64,000 bases of DNA, taken from NCBI GenBank assembly GCA_965223345.1, contig CBDCWG010000012.1, positions 463,629-527,628 of the forward strand. The letters are read 5' to 3'. A program made the translations under genes and the position numbers. Of this stretch, positions 48,105-60,296 are shown piece by piece. The notes beneath the pieces were generated by a model that did no database searches, was not told the origin of the DNA, and saw only the letters and a program-made list of their open reading frames with translations. Positions within the stretch are counted from its first letter, which is position 1. Each line of letters begins with the position of its first letter. This stretch comes from Nitrospinales bacterium (GTDB taxonomy: Bacteria > Nitrospinota > Nitrospinia > Nitrospinales > VA-1).

Positions 48105-49457
48105 ATGAAGACAGGCAACGGCAACCAGAGAGGTTTTTGGGCATCCCGGCTGGGCTTCATCCTCGCGGCGTCCGGTTCGGCCATCGGCCTGGGCAACATC
48201 TGGAAGTTCCCCTATATCACGGGACAAAACGGCGGCGGCGCGTTCGTGCTGATCTATCTGGTGTGCATCTTCGTGGTGGGGCTGCCGATCATGCTGTCGG
48301 AATTCACGCTCGGCCGCAAGACCCAGCTCAACCCGGTGGGGGCGTTCGACGCGCTCAAGCCCAAATCCCCCTGGGTGGGCATCGGTTTCATGGGCGTGCT
48401 GGCGGGCTTTCTCATCCTGTCCTTTTACGGCGTGGTCGGCGGCTGGACGCTGGCTTACGTCGTCAAGTCGGTCACGCAGTCGGCGCTGGCGTTCGACGAC
48501 CCGCAGGCGGCGGGCGCCTTTTTCGGCAAGTTCATCGGCAACACGGGCGAGGTGCTGCTCTACCACGCGCTGTTCATGGCGATCTGCATCGGCATCGTCA
48601 TCAAGGGCGTGCACGGCGGCATCGAACGCGCCTGCGACATCCTGATGCCGACGCTGTTCGTCATCCTGCTGCTGCTCATGGTGCGCTCGCTCACGCTTCC
48701 GGGAGCGATGGAGGGCGTGAAGTTCTACCTGTATCCGGATTTCAGCAAGATCTCGCCGGGCGTCGTTCTCATCGCCATGGGGCAGGCGTTCTTCTCGCTG
48801 AGCCTGGGCATGGGCGCGATGCTGACCTACGGCAGCTACCTCTCCGGCAAGGAAAACCTCACCTCGGTGACGGTGTACGTGGTGCTGTTCGACACGATGA
48901 TCGCGCTGCTGGTGGGCATGGTGATCTTTCCGGCGGTGTTCGCCATGGGCCTGGAGCCCGCGGAAGGGCCGAGCCTGGTGTTCAACGTGCTGCCGGCGGT
49001 GTTCTCCAGCATGCCGATGGGCTCGCTGTTCGCCATCATCTTTTTCGCGCTGCTGGTGATCGCGGCGGTGACCTCGGGCATCTCGCTGTTGGAAGTGGTG
49101 GTCGCCTACTTCATCGACCAGAAAGGCTGGAGCCGCAAAAAAGCCGTGCTCACCGTCGGGTCGATCATCTTCGCGTTCGGAGTGCCTTCGGGTCTGTCCT
49201 TCGGCGTGATGAGCGACGTCAAGATCATGGGCATGACGTTTTTCGACAACGTGGACAACATCGCCTCCAACTACCTGCTTCCGCTGGGCGGCATGCTGAC
49301 GGCGATTTTCGTCGGCTGGGTCTGGGGCACGAAGGCGGCGGAAGAGGAGATCGAAAAACACGAAACCACATTCCACTGGGCGCACGCCTGGGGGATTCTC
49401 ATCCGCTACGTCACCCCCGTCGCCGTCGCCATCGTTTTTCTCGCGCATTTCTTCTGA
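48105..49457 (+). CDS. sodium-dependent transporter, neurotransmitter:sodium symporter (SNF) family
   Basis: 450 aa. FWASRLGFILAASGSAIGLGNIWKFPYITGQNGGGAFVLIYL, followed by about 11-12 TM segments. Confidence 0.93.
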   Translation: MKTGNGNQRGFWASRLGFILAASGSAIGLGNIWKFPYITGQNGGGAFVLIYLVCIFVVGLPIMLSEFTLGRKTQLNPVGAFDALKPKSPWVGIGFMGVLAGFLILSFYGVVGGWTLAYVVKSVTQSALAFDDPQAAGAFFGKFIGNTGEVLLYHALFMAICIGIVIKGVHGGIERACDILMPTLFVILLLLMVRSLTLPGAMEGVKFYLYPDFSKISPGVVLIAMGQAFFSLSLGMGAMLTYGSYLSGKENLTSVTVYVVLFDTMIALLVGMVIFPAVFAMGLEPAEGPSLVFNVLPAVFSSMPMGSLFAIIFFALLVIAAVTSGISLLEVVVAYFIDQKGWSRKKAVLTVGSIIFAFGVPSGLSFGVMSDVKIMGMTFFDNVDNIASNYLLPLGGMLTAIFVGWVWGTKAAEEEIEKHETTFHWAHAWGILIRYVTPVAVAIVFLAHFF

Positions 49458-49564
49458 TTCCCTAACCTAACATTCCCCGTTTGCAAACAACGCTGGACGC
49501 CGCGCCGCCCGCCGTCTTAAGATAGCCTCTTTCCTCAATCATCCGTGACCAACAGGAGCGAACG

Positions 49565-49786
49565 ATGGCGCAAAAACAATACAAGGTGGAGATCGTCAAG
49601 GAAGGCGCACTGGGAACGCTGTTTCTCGGGGCCAGCAAACTGCCCATAGACAAACTGGAAGACACGCTGAACGATTTCGGCAAGGAAGGCTGGGACCTGG
49701 AGTTCATGGTGATCGAGAGCCACCGGTTCATGCTGTTCTGGACGCGGGAAGCGGCGATCATCACCCTTTCCCGGACGTTGGCATAG
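49565..49786 (+). CDS. DUF4177-like small protein
   Basis: 73 aa. YKVEIVKEG...LEDTLNDFGKEGWDLEFMV resembles the DUF4177 pattern (W/Y-E-Y-K ... LN-x-x-G-x-x-GWEL). AGGAG lies upstream. Confidence 0.6.
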   Translation: MAQKQYKVEIVKEGALGTLFLGASKLPIDKLEDTLNDFGKEGWDLEFMVIESHRFMLFWTREAAIITLSRTLA

Positions 49787-49868
49787 ACGGTATTTTTTTC
49801 ACCACGCCGCCCGCCGGGAGGCGTACAATAAAGGCATACCCGATAAAAAAACTCAGAGGTGCGTGCTC

Positions 49869-50270
49869 ATGAAACGCTTGTCCCTGATTTTTGTTGTGCT
49901 GGCGGCCCTGGGGTGGAGCGCCCCGGTGTGGGCGCAGAATGCCGACGCCTGCAAGCCGCCTTACAAGCCTAATAATATCTTCAAACTGCTGGTGAACTAC
50001 ACCCCCACTCTGGAATGGATCGCGCAGACGCCGGACAGCTGCGGCAATCGCAGTCCCTTCACCCAGAGTTTGAAAAAGCTGGTCAGCGACACCTGGGTCA
50101 TGACCCAGGGCTGCATCGACGTGACGATCGAAGACATCGAGCTGGCGGAAAAACAGCGCAAGGTCGCCACAAAGATGTCGAAGCGGGAACGCGCGATCGC
50201 AACGAAAAAGTCGGTCAGAGTTTTCCCTGCGTCGCCGCGCGGTATTCCTTCGCAAAGCGCGGGAGGTTGA
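49869..50270 (+). CDS. hypothetical secreted Cys-containing protein
   Basis: Signal peptide MKRLSLIFVVLAALGWSAPVWA, with 4 Cys in the mature part. The last 56 nt overlap the 3' end of the convergent M48-like gene. Confidence 0.5.
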   Translation: MKRLSLIFVVLAALGWSAPVWAQNADACKPPYKPNNIFKLLVNYTPTLEWIAQTPDSCGNRSPFTQSLKKLVSDTWVMTQGCIDVTIEDIELAEKQRKVATKMSKRERAIATKKSVRVFPASPRGIPSQSAGG

Positions 50271-51054
50271 AATCCTTGGGATGGTTTTGCAGATGCGCGA
50301 GCAGCCTGCGGTAGCGCTGCTCTGGCTGCGGCGGGTGTTTTAAAAAGGCCGGCCCGTTTGTGGGCCGGGCGACCATGCGTTTTTCCAGCACGTGTTTCAG
50401 GCCGCCGGGATGGTAGCCCAGCCGGCGCGCGTATTCGGCGGCCTTGCGATCCGCTTCGTATTCCAGCGCCGCATCCAGCCCCCGTTCGAACACCCGATCC
50501 CCCGCAAGATCCGTCAGCCGCTGCAAAGGCGCGGGGTTGAAACCCGCAAGCCCCGGCACGAGAGCGCCGAAGCCCGGAAATTGCGCGTTCGCTTCCAGCG
50601 TTTTCAACACGTGGCGGCCGCTGATGTGGGCGATGGCGTGCCCCAGCACCCCCGCCAGTTGCGACTCGTCCGCCACCAGCCTCAACATCCCCCGGCTCAC
50701 GAACACATAACCGCCCAGCAGACCGATTGAAAAAGGCACGGCGCTGTCAAGCACCGCGAAACGGTATTCCACACCCGGCCTTTCGGCGGCCTGCGCGACC
50801 GCCTGCCCGACGAGCGCGACGTAACGGCGCAACGCCTTATCCTCGATAACCGGACCGTGCTCGCGAAACATGCGGATGGCGAGCGATCGGCCGATCAACT
50901 GTTCCTCCTTGAGCCCGATGGGCGAGGCGTAGCCCAGCGGCCGCACGGGCCCCGCACCGATCTCGATGGCAGGCCCGCCCCCAATGCCCACGGAACCGGC
51001 GCAGGCGGTGAGAACGCAAAGGCACGCGCTCAACAGCAGTTTCCTGAAATTCAT
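50215..51054 (-). CDS. M48-like lipoprotein with HAIAH in place of HExxH
   Basis: Lipobox MNFRKLLLSACLCVLTAC. M48 colinearity is visible in GGYVFVSRGMLRLVADESQLAGVLGHAIAHISGRHV...EYEADRKAAEYARRLGYHPGG. The start was trimmed to ATG comp(51052-51054). Confidence 0.8.
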   Translation of the reverse strand: MNFRKLLLSACLCVLTACAGSVGIGGGPAIEIGAGPVRPLGYASPIGLKEEQLIGRSLAIRMFREHGPVIEDKALRRYVALVGQAVAQAAERPGVEYRFAVLDSAVPFSIGLLGGYVFVSRGMLRLVADESQLAGVLGHAIAHISGRHVLKTLEANAQFPGFGALVPGLAGFNPAPLQRLTDLAGDRVFERGLDAALEYEADRKAAEYARRLGYHPGGLKHVLEKRMVARPTNGPAFLKHPPQPEQRYRRLLAHLQNHPKDFNLPRFAKEYRAATQGKL

Positions 51055-51100
51055 TTTCGATTCAAACCTCGTTCGCGGCTGAATTGGTTTTGCAGCAAAG

Positions 51101-51652
51101 CTAGTTGGCATTGCCTTCGGCTTTCTGGTACGGCCCCAAACCGCGGGCGGACAGAAACGCGTCCAGCTCTTCCGGCGTCACCTGCGGGACTTCCATCGCC
51201 TCGACCGCCTGAATGTCGGCGCCGGACGCTCCGGACTGCACGGCTTTTTCGTCGAGCAGCGGTTTCAAACCGCGGATCATGGAACCCGAGTCCGCTTCTT
51301 TCGCGGCGATCACCGGGCCGTTGCCGAGCACGCCCCAGAGCCCCGGATCGAACGCCGGGTCCACCGGCGCCTGCGGCGAGAGCTTGAACTTGTACACCCA
51401 GCCGGTGTCGCCTTCGGGCAGTTTCACCTGATAAAAAATGCGGGATTTTTTCAGCACCTCCACCGGCGCACCGATGCCGAGAATGCGGACCACGGGAGCA
51501 CGGGCCGAGGCGGCATCGCGCAGCTTGGTGCCCGAACGCTTCACGTACAGCGTTTCGGCGAATGCGCTGACAGGAAAGAAAAAACCATTCGCGAGCCACA
51601 CGCAGGTCAAAAGAAAAACCACCCGGCTCTTGCAAAACGGATGTGCGGTCAT
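51101..51652 (-). CDS. secreted bacterial SH3-domain protein
   Basis: Signal peptide ...VVFLLTCVWLANGFFFPVSAFA, followed by LYVKRSGTKLRDAASARAPVVRILGIGAPVEVLKKSRIFYQVKLPEGDTGWVYKFKL (SH3_3-like). Confidence 0.65.
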   Translation of the reverse strand: MTAHPFCKSRVVFLLTCVWLANGFFFPVSAFAETLYVKRSGTKLRDAASARAPVVRILGIGAPVEVLKKSRIFYQVKLPEGDTGWVYKFKLSPQAPVDPAFDPGLWGVLGNGPVIAAKEADSGSMIRGLKPLLDEKAVQSGASGADIQAVEAMEVPQVTPEELDAFLSARGLGPYQKAEGNAN

Positions 51653-51682
51653 GGATGTGAGCGGATTTCGGGAACGCAACGA

Positions 51683-52786
51683 TCAGGGCTGATGCTGGAA
51701 TTTCTGGCCGCGGCAAATGAGATCCAGGGAAGGCAGGGTGACTTCCTTGCCGTGGCAGGGTTCGACCTGGCCGATGACGCGGCAGTCCACCTCGTGCTCC
51801 CTGGCGACGGCGGTGACGGCTTCCGCATCCTTGGTGCTTTCGACGATGAGGCAGAAACCGACGCCCATGTTGAACACTTCGTGCATTTCGGCGTCGCTGA
51901 CTTCGCCGCGGTCCTGAACGAGGCGGAACACCGGCGGCACCGGCGGCGGCGCGTCGATGACGAAGCGGATGTTCTCCGCTTCGACGCGGTTCAGGTTGCC
52001 GTAGCCGCCGCTGGTGATGTGCACCATGGCCTTGAGGTCGATGCCGGATTCGAGCATGTCGAAAACCGGTTTGACGTAGATGCGGGTCGGCTCCAGCAGC
52101 TCTTCGCCGAGGGTGCGGCCGAGCTTGTCCTCGAACTGGTTGACGGCTTCTTTCTGCTCCTCCCAGTGGGAACCGAGCAGCACTTTGCGGGCGAGGGTGA
52201 GGCCGTTGGAATGCACGCCGGTCGAAGCGAGCCCGAGGATCAGGTTGCCGGGGCGGACGTCTTTGCCGGTGTTGACCTTGTCGAGAGCGACGTGGCCGAT
52301 GCAGGCGCCGATCAGGTCGATGCCGCTGATGATCTCGCGGATCTGCGAGATCTCGCCGCCGGAGATGCTGATCCCGGCCTGCCACGCGCCTTCGGCGAGG
52401 CCTTTGCCCAGCTGGGTGAACACGTCTGCGTCGGTGAAGGAGCAGGCGATGTAATCCACCATGCTGACCGGCCGCGCGCCGACGCAGAGGATGTCGTTGA
52501 CGTTCATGGCCACGCAGTCGATGCCGATGGTGTCGTATTTCTGCATAAGCTCGGCGACCAGCACTTTGGTGCCGACGCCGTCGGTGCCGAACGCGATGCC
52601 CTGGCCTGAGCCGATGTCGATGACGTTGGCGAAGTAACCGATGTCCGCCGCCAGCGGATAGCGTTCGTTGTAGGTGCGGCTCGGCAGGATGTGCTGCAAC
52701 AGGCCGGACAGGGCCCCTTCCGCGCCCTGGCTGTCCACGCCGCTTTCAGCGTATTTGGACGTTTCTGTGGATTCGGATTTGCTCAT
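51683..52786 (-). CDS. purM: phosphoribosylformylglycinamidine cyclo-ligase (AIR synthase)
   Basis: YAESGVD..., GTDGVGTKVLVAELMQKYDTIGIDCVAMNVNDILCVGARP and GHVALDK.... The start was trimmed to ATG comp(52784-52786). Confidence 0.88.
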   Translation of the reverse strand: MSKSESTETSKYAESGVDSQGAEGALSGLLQHILPSRTYNERYPLAADIGYFANVIDIGSGQGIAFGTDGVGTKVLVAELMQKYDTIGIDCVAMNVNDILCVGARPVSMVDYIACSFTDADVFTQLGKGLAEGAWQAGISISGGEISQIREIISGIDLIGACIGHVALDKVNTGKDVRPGNLILGLASTGVHSNGLTLARKVLLGSHWEEQKEAVNQFEDKLGRTLGEELLEPTRIYVKPVFDMLESGIDLKAMVHITSGGYGNLNRVEAENIRFVIDAPPPVPPVFRLVQDRGEVSDAEMHEVFNMGVGFCLIVESTKDAEAVTAVAREHEVDCRVIGQVEPCHGKEVTLPSLDLICRGQKFQHQP

Positions 52787-52988
52787 GCGCTCCCGCGAGA
52801 TCGGTGGTTTCCGGGTGCGATCGGCCGTCATGCCGCCGCCGCAAACGGGCGCTGGCGAAAACGCATCGGCCTGCGATTCCGGAATTTGCGCCTATCTTAC
52901 CATTAAACGGCGGTGGCGTCAGCGCTGAGTTGCGCGGGTGGGTTTTCGGGCGATATGGCTCCCAAGCGGGTGTAAAAGCCGGTTCGGC

Positions 52989-54413
52989 TTAGGGGTACAC
53001 GCCCATGGTGCGGTAGCTGTTGTGGATTTTTTCGATCGCCAGCGCCATGGCGGCGACGCGGAAGCTTTCGATCGCGTCGTTCTTCCAGTAGTAGTCGCGG
53101 ATTTCGTTCCAGGCCTTGCGCATGGTGTCGTCCAGCCCGGAACGCACCAGGTCGATCTCCTCGGAGCCCTGGCAGATCTCCTTGGCCAGCGCCGGGGGAA
53201 CGGTGTGTCCGGACCCTTCGATGGCTTTCAGCAGAAGCAGGTTTTTGCTTTCCTCGTAGCGGCGCTGGATGCGGCCGAAGCGGATGTGCGACAGGTTTTT
53301 GATCCATTCGAAATAGGAAACGATGACGCCGCCGGCGTTGAGGTACACGTCCGGGATGCTGACGATGCCCTTTTCGCGCAGGATGGCTTCGGCTGCGAAG
53401 GTCACCGGTCCGTTGGCCGCTTCCGCCACGACCCGGGCCTTGATGCGCGCGGCGTTCTGCTGGTTGATGACGCCTTCCATCGCGGCGGGAACCAGGATGT
53501 CGCAGTCATTTTCCAGCACGGACCTGCCCTCTTCGATGTACTGCGCCCGCGTGTAGCCTTTGACGCCGCCGTTCGCCACTTTGTGCCGGTACACGGCTTC
53601 CACATCCAGGCATTCGGAGTGAACCAGTGCGCCGTCGTGCTCGATGATGCCGACGATCTTGGCTCCGTCTTCTTCCTGCAGGATCTTGGCGGTGTAGTAG
53701 CCGACGTTGCCCAGCCCCTGAATGATGACCCGCTTGCCTTCCAGGCTGCCGCCCAGTTTCGCCAGTTTGGCGTCTTCCGGGTTGCGGAAAAATTCCCTGA
53801 GACCGAACACCACGCCGCGGCCGGTCGCTTCCACGCGCCCCTGGATGCCGCCCATCGAGACGGGCTTGCCGGTGACACAGGCCAGGTGGTCGATGTCGTT
53901 GGGTTTGTGCGAGGTGTAGGTGCTGACGATCCAGGCCATTTCCCGCTGGCCGGTGCCCATGTCCGGCGCCGGGACGTTGGTTCCGGAGCCGATGTAATCT
54001 TTTTGAATGAGTTCGAAGGCGAACCGGCGGGTGATGCGCTCCATGGTTTCGCGGTCGTATTTCTGCGGGTCGATCAGCAGGCCGCCTTTGGACCCGCCGA
54101 AAGGCACATCGACCAGGGCGCATTTGTAGGACATGAGCGCCGCCAGCGCCTCGACTTCGTCCTGATCCACCAGGGGAGAAAAACGGATGCCGCCTTTGAC
54201 CGGGAGTTTGTGATCGCTGTGCACCGCGCGCCAGCCGATGAAGGTCTCAATCTTGCCGTCGATTTTGACGGGAAAGCGGACCTGGTAGACGTTGTTGACG
54301 TTGCGGATGTACTGGGCCATTCCCTCGGGAATATCCAGCACCGCGCGGGCCAGATCGAAACTGAAGTTGACGCTCTCTTTGAAACCGATTTCTTTACTCG
54401 CGGGCACAGACAT
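52989..54413 (-). CDS. gdh: Glu/Leu/Phe/Val-family (glutamate) dehydrogenase
   Basis: KGGIRFSPLVDQDEVEALAALMSYKCALVDVPFGGSKGGLLIDP and the Rossmann motif IIQGLGNVGYY. The start was trimmed to ATG comp(54411-54413), with AAGGA upstream. The longer track ORF extends into an AT-rich spacer. Confidence 0.9.
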   Translation of the reverse strand: MSVPASKEIGFKESVNFSFDLARAVLDIPEGMAQYIRNVNNVYQVRFPVKIDGKIETFIGWRAVHSDHKLPVKGGIRFSPLVDQDEVEALAALMSYKCALVDVPFGGSKGGLLIDPQKYDRETMERITRRFAFELIQKDYIGSGTNVPAPDMGTGQREMAWIVSTYTSHKPNDIDHLACVTGKPVSMGGIQGRVEATGRGVVFGLREFFRNPEDAKLAKLGGSLEGKRVIIQGLGNVGYYTAKILQEEDGAKIVGIIEHDGALVHSECLDVEAVYRHKVANGGVKGYTRAQYIEEGRSVLENDCDILVPAAMEGVINQQNAARIKARVVAEAANGPVTFAAEAILREKGIVSIPDVYLNAGGVIVSYFEWIKNLSHIRFGRIQRRYEESKNLLLLKAIEGSGHTVPPALAKEICQGSEEIDLVRSGLDDTMRKAWNEIRDYYWKNDAIESFRVAAMALAIEKIHNSYRTMGVYP

Positions 54414-54759
54414 GTCGGGTTCCTTTATGGTGGAGTCTTGCGGCCGGGACCCCCGGCGCATGAATTTATCTAATTTCAATAATTTATAGAATAACTCCAG
54501 TATAATCAAAAAACGGCAAGCGCAAAGCCTTACTTTCCAATACTTTCCGCGATTGCCGCGCAAATGGCGGAATATCAAGGGGAAACTCATAAAAATTACA
54601 CTTAAAATCTAGGTAACATGTTTGTTTTCAGGCGTCTTTTCAGCGTCATTGCCGCTCAGCAGGCGGGGGGCGTGTGGACAAGGCGGCATAAAACCGTTAT
54701 CCTGAAAGCGTCAAGCCTTTTAAATTCAATAGCTAAAAGCCGCCCCGCGGCGATTCATC

Positions 54760-55179
54760 ATGATCCAGGCCGAGCATCGGATTCAGGTTGCCACACAGGG
54801 CAAGGGACTCTACAACATCCAGAGACAGATCGATGCCTGGATGGCGGAACAGAAGATACGGACGGGCCTGTTGACGGTGTTCATCCGGCACACGTCGGCT
54901 TCCCTGATCGTGCAGGAAAACGCCGACCCGGACGTGTTGGCGGACCTCAGGGATTTTTTTGCGCGTCTGGTTCCCGACGGCGACGCCGCCTACCGGCACA
55001 GCTCGGAGGGTCCGGACGACATGCCGGCGCACATCCGCGCGGTGCTCAGCCAGACCCAGATTGCGGTCCCGGTATCCCGGGGACGGCTGGCGCTCGGGAC
55101 CTGGCAGGACATTTACGTTTTCGAACACCGCACGGCCCCGCACCGGCGGGAAGTGGCGCTGCACCTCATCGGAGAATGA
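54760..55179 (+). CDS. yjbQ: YjbQ/UPF0047-family (secondary thiamine-phosphate synthase) protein
   Basis: 139 aa. GLLTVFIRHTSASLIVQENADPDVLADL...HIRAVLSQTQIAVPVSRGRLALGTWQDIYVFEHR. Confidence 0.88.
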   Translation: MIQAEHRIQVATQGKGLYNIQRQIDAWMAEQKIRTGLLTVFIRHTSASLIVQENADPDVLADLRDFFARLVPDGDAAYRHSSEGPDDMPAHIRAVLSQTQIAVPVSRGRLALGTWQDIYVFEHRTAPHRREVALHLIGE

Positions 55180-55219
55180 GCGGCGGCATCGGATCCAAAA
55201 AACTTTTGGGAGCTCGAAC

Positions 55220-56086
55220 ATGTTCACGCGATTCAGGCGAAGCGGCAACATTGAGAAGGCGCGTCGTGGCAACGGGTTTCTGCGAAACACGATCCTCGTC
55301 TTCGCGTCTGCGTGGGTTTTTCTGCTGAGCGGATGCGGGAACGACGCCGCGACCGAATCCGCCGGCAACCCCGATGTTAAGAAAGTGCATCCCAAAATCG
55401 CAAAAGCCCGCGAGCTGGTGAAAAGCAAGGACTACGAAGGCGCGATCGTCGCAGCGCACGAGCTGCTCGCCAAAGAGCGGAAAAACACCGATGCCATTGC
55501 GTACATGGGATACATTTATCTGCAGCAAAAACGCTTTCACGATGCGGTGGTGTGGACGGAGAGGGCCCTGAAAATCGATCCGTACCTGGCTCTGCCGCTG
55601 GCGGTGCAGGCCAGTGTGAAATTTCATACACGCCGTTTCGATGCGGCGCTCGAACAGGCCCGCAAGGCGTTGCTCATCGACCCGAAAACGGCGCTGGCTT
55701 ACCGGGTGATCGGAGAAATCTATTTGCGCCGGGGCTACCTGGAACAAAGCGTTCAGGTTCTCAAGCAGGCGGCCGCTCTGGAACCGGATGACGCAGAACT
55801 GCTCAACCTTTTGAGTTCGGCGTATCTGAAAACCAAGAACTACCCCGCCGCTTTGAAAGTGCTTCTGAAAGCCAATGAGCTGGATGGAGAAATGGCGGGC
55901 GCGCATTTGAACCTCGCCCTGACCTACGCCGCCATGGATAAGGGCATGCAGGCTCTCAAGCACATCGGCATCGCGGAAGTCCTGTATGTCGAAGCCGAAA
56001 ACAGGCAGTGGGTGGCCAAGGTGCGCGACGTCCGCCGCAATATCGAAAGAAAATTCAATGTAGCGCCGGAACAGATGGTGCACTGA
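55220..56086 (+). CDS. TPR-repeat lipoprotein
   Basis: ATG 55220 with GGGAG upstream. Lipobox VFLLSGC. About 6 TPR units follow (e.g. AYMGYIYLQQKRFHDAVVWTERALKIDP). Confidence 0.8.
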   Translation: MFTRFRRSGNIEKARRGNGFLRNTILVFASAWVFLLSGCGNDAATESAGNPDVKKVHPKIAKARELVKSKDYEGAIVAAHELLAKERKNTDAIAYMGYIYLQQKRFHDAVVWTERALKIDPYLALPLAVQASVKFHTRRFDAALEQARKALLIDPKTALAYRVIGEIYLRRGYLEQSVQVLKQAAALEPDDAELLNLLSSAYLKTKNYPAALKVLLKANELDGEMAGAHLNLALTYAAMDKGMQALKHIGIAEVLYVEAENRQWVAKVRDVRRNIERKFNVAPEQMVH

Positions 56087-56296
56087 CCGGTTTTTCCGGC
56101 CCGCGTCCGAAAGCCCCGCCTCCGCAATCAAAGCGCAGCGCTTTACGTTTCAATCATTTTCCTTCTAGTCGCGCTTTATGGCAGCTCCGAAAGAACGAGA
56201 CGGGTCCCACCGGTATTAACTCCCGATACGGCAACTGTTTTGAGCCGACGCTCCCAAACCGCCTTCTCGGAAAGTCGAAATATCTCAATGGATTAC

Positions 56297-56325
56297 TAGA
56301 CTTGTCCGAACCATTCATTTACAAT
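56297..56325 (+). promoter_or_regulatory. sigma-70-type promoter candidate in the 455-bp spacer before the hybrid kinase
   Basis: TAGACT (56297-56302), a 17-nt spacer, then TACAAT (56320-56325). Confidence 0.3.
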
Positions 56326-56445
56326 AACCCATAAAACATCTTCATTTACATTACATCTGATTGTTGAATTTTGCGTGCAGGGATGTGTGCGTTCGCACTG
56401 AGTTGCGATCCGCATTCCTTAGATGTGCAACGCGGTGTCGTTTGC

Positions 56446-56470
56446 AAATTCGCCGAACGAATTTTTTTTT
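56446..56470 (+). terminator. weak AT-rich hairpin plus T9 run (terminator or attenuator candidate)
   Basis: AAATTCG (56446-56452), loop CCGAA, CGAATTT (56458-56464), with the T tract running to 56470. The stem has only 2 G:C pairs. Confidence 0.3.
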
Positions 56471-56541
56471 AAAGCGGTCTTTGACCGCAACATTTGTTTT
56501 TGTAACCCGGCCTCAACTTTATTACAACCACGTGCTGCCTT

Positions 56542-59430
<2,889 letters not shown>

Positions 59431-59594
59431 CATTTCCTTACAACCTTAATGGAAGCGTCCCGTTATCCCGGGATGGTCTGCGGGTTTTGACGGCCGGTCT
59501 CGGTCATCCAAAACCGGCAATGCGGATTTTCAATGGTTTTTCACACAACGGGTGAGGACGAAATACGGGTGCGGTGCGGAACGGGGATGGCCGG

Positions 59595-59810
59595 TCACTG
59601 GTCTTTGGACACAACCGTGCGCCATTTGGTGCTTTTTAGATAAATCAGCATGTTGGGGGAGTTCTGCATGTGGTTGACGGCGACCACCTCCCAGTACCGG
59701 CTGCCCATGTCGGAAAGCTTTCGTTCCAGCTCGATCACTTCCCCCTCGGACGTCGGGATGGGTTCTTTCAAGATCTTGTAATTCCATTGATATTTTTCAA
59801 ATGCGGCCAT
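59595..59810 (-). CDS. DUF4177-like small protein
   Basis: The 71-aa version from ATG comp(59808-59810), with AGGA 6 nt upstream, reads MAAFEKYQWNYKILKE...LERKLSDMGSRYWEVVAV. The longer track ORF (to 59984) adds a hydrophobic leader, so the start is uncertain. Confidence 0.5.
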   Translation of the reverse strand: MAAFEKYQWNYKILKEPIPTSEGEVIELERKLSDMGSRYWEVVAVNHMQNSPNMLIYLKSTKWRTVVSKDQ

Positions 59811-60279
59811 GGAGGGTCCTTCCTGTTCTGAGGTCGATTTGCAGCCTTTTCCCGCCGTGAAGCCGGATTTTTCCTGCATCCCGCCGGCACAGCCGCGAAA
59901 AAAGACAACCACTGGGAAAATGAAAGCAATCTTTATACCAATAATAAGGAAAGCTTCGGGCCGGGAACCGGGGGATAGAAGCATTCCGGAACCACTGAGA
60001 CTGCGGTGAGCGATGCGGGCTGACGGAATTTCCCGCAGCGGGCTGGCATCCTCTCCGCCACCGCGAAAATAGTCACCCGTAACTGATTGTGAATAAACAG
60101 GTTATGCGATCATCGCATAGAGATTTGTATTTCCGGCTCTAATCTTTCCCCGGTTTCCGGCGAGGGGGCCCCACGCCACAAACGGTCTGGTTTTCCGGCT
60201 GCTGGGGCCGTTTCAGGCTGGCAGCTAAGCGGATGCACCGGCTCTCAGGCCCGTGGCGGGAGGGAAAATCCGCCCCGAT

Positions 60280-60296
60280 TTGACAAATTTTGTCAA
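60280..60296. promoter_or_regulatory. perfect 17-bp palindrome (operator candidate)
   Basis: TTGACAAA-T-TTTGTCAA. Related half-sites AATTTTGTCA (60327-60336) and ATTGTCA (60361-60367) lie downstream. Confidence 0.4.

Noticed and set aside
54414-54590. 59-codon N-terminal extension of the gdh ORF, and similar 5' extensions of track ORFs at 2555, 5709, 36725, 51111, 51679, 52831 and 54959
   Set aside because: The extensions run into AT-rich or promoter-bearing spacers or into neighbouring genes, and they lack ribosome-binding sites. The internal ATGs have SD sequences and give N-termini or signal peptides typical of the families.
60044-60058. Sigma-54-like TGGCATCCTCTCCGC upstream of the small TPR gene. 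A similar GGCTTTGCGCTTGCC lies at comp(54515-54530) upstream of gdh.
   Set aside because: The GG/GC spacing is correct, but the flanking consensus bases are poor (CCGC at -12 in the first, GGCTTT at -24 in the second). Matches of this quality are expected by chance in GC-rich DNA.
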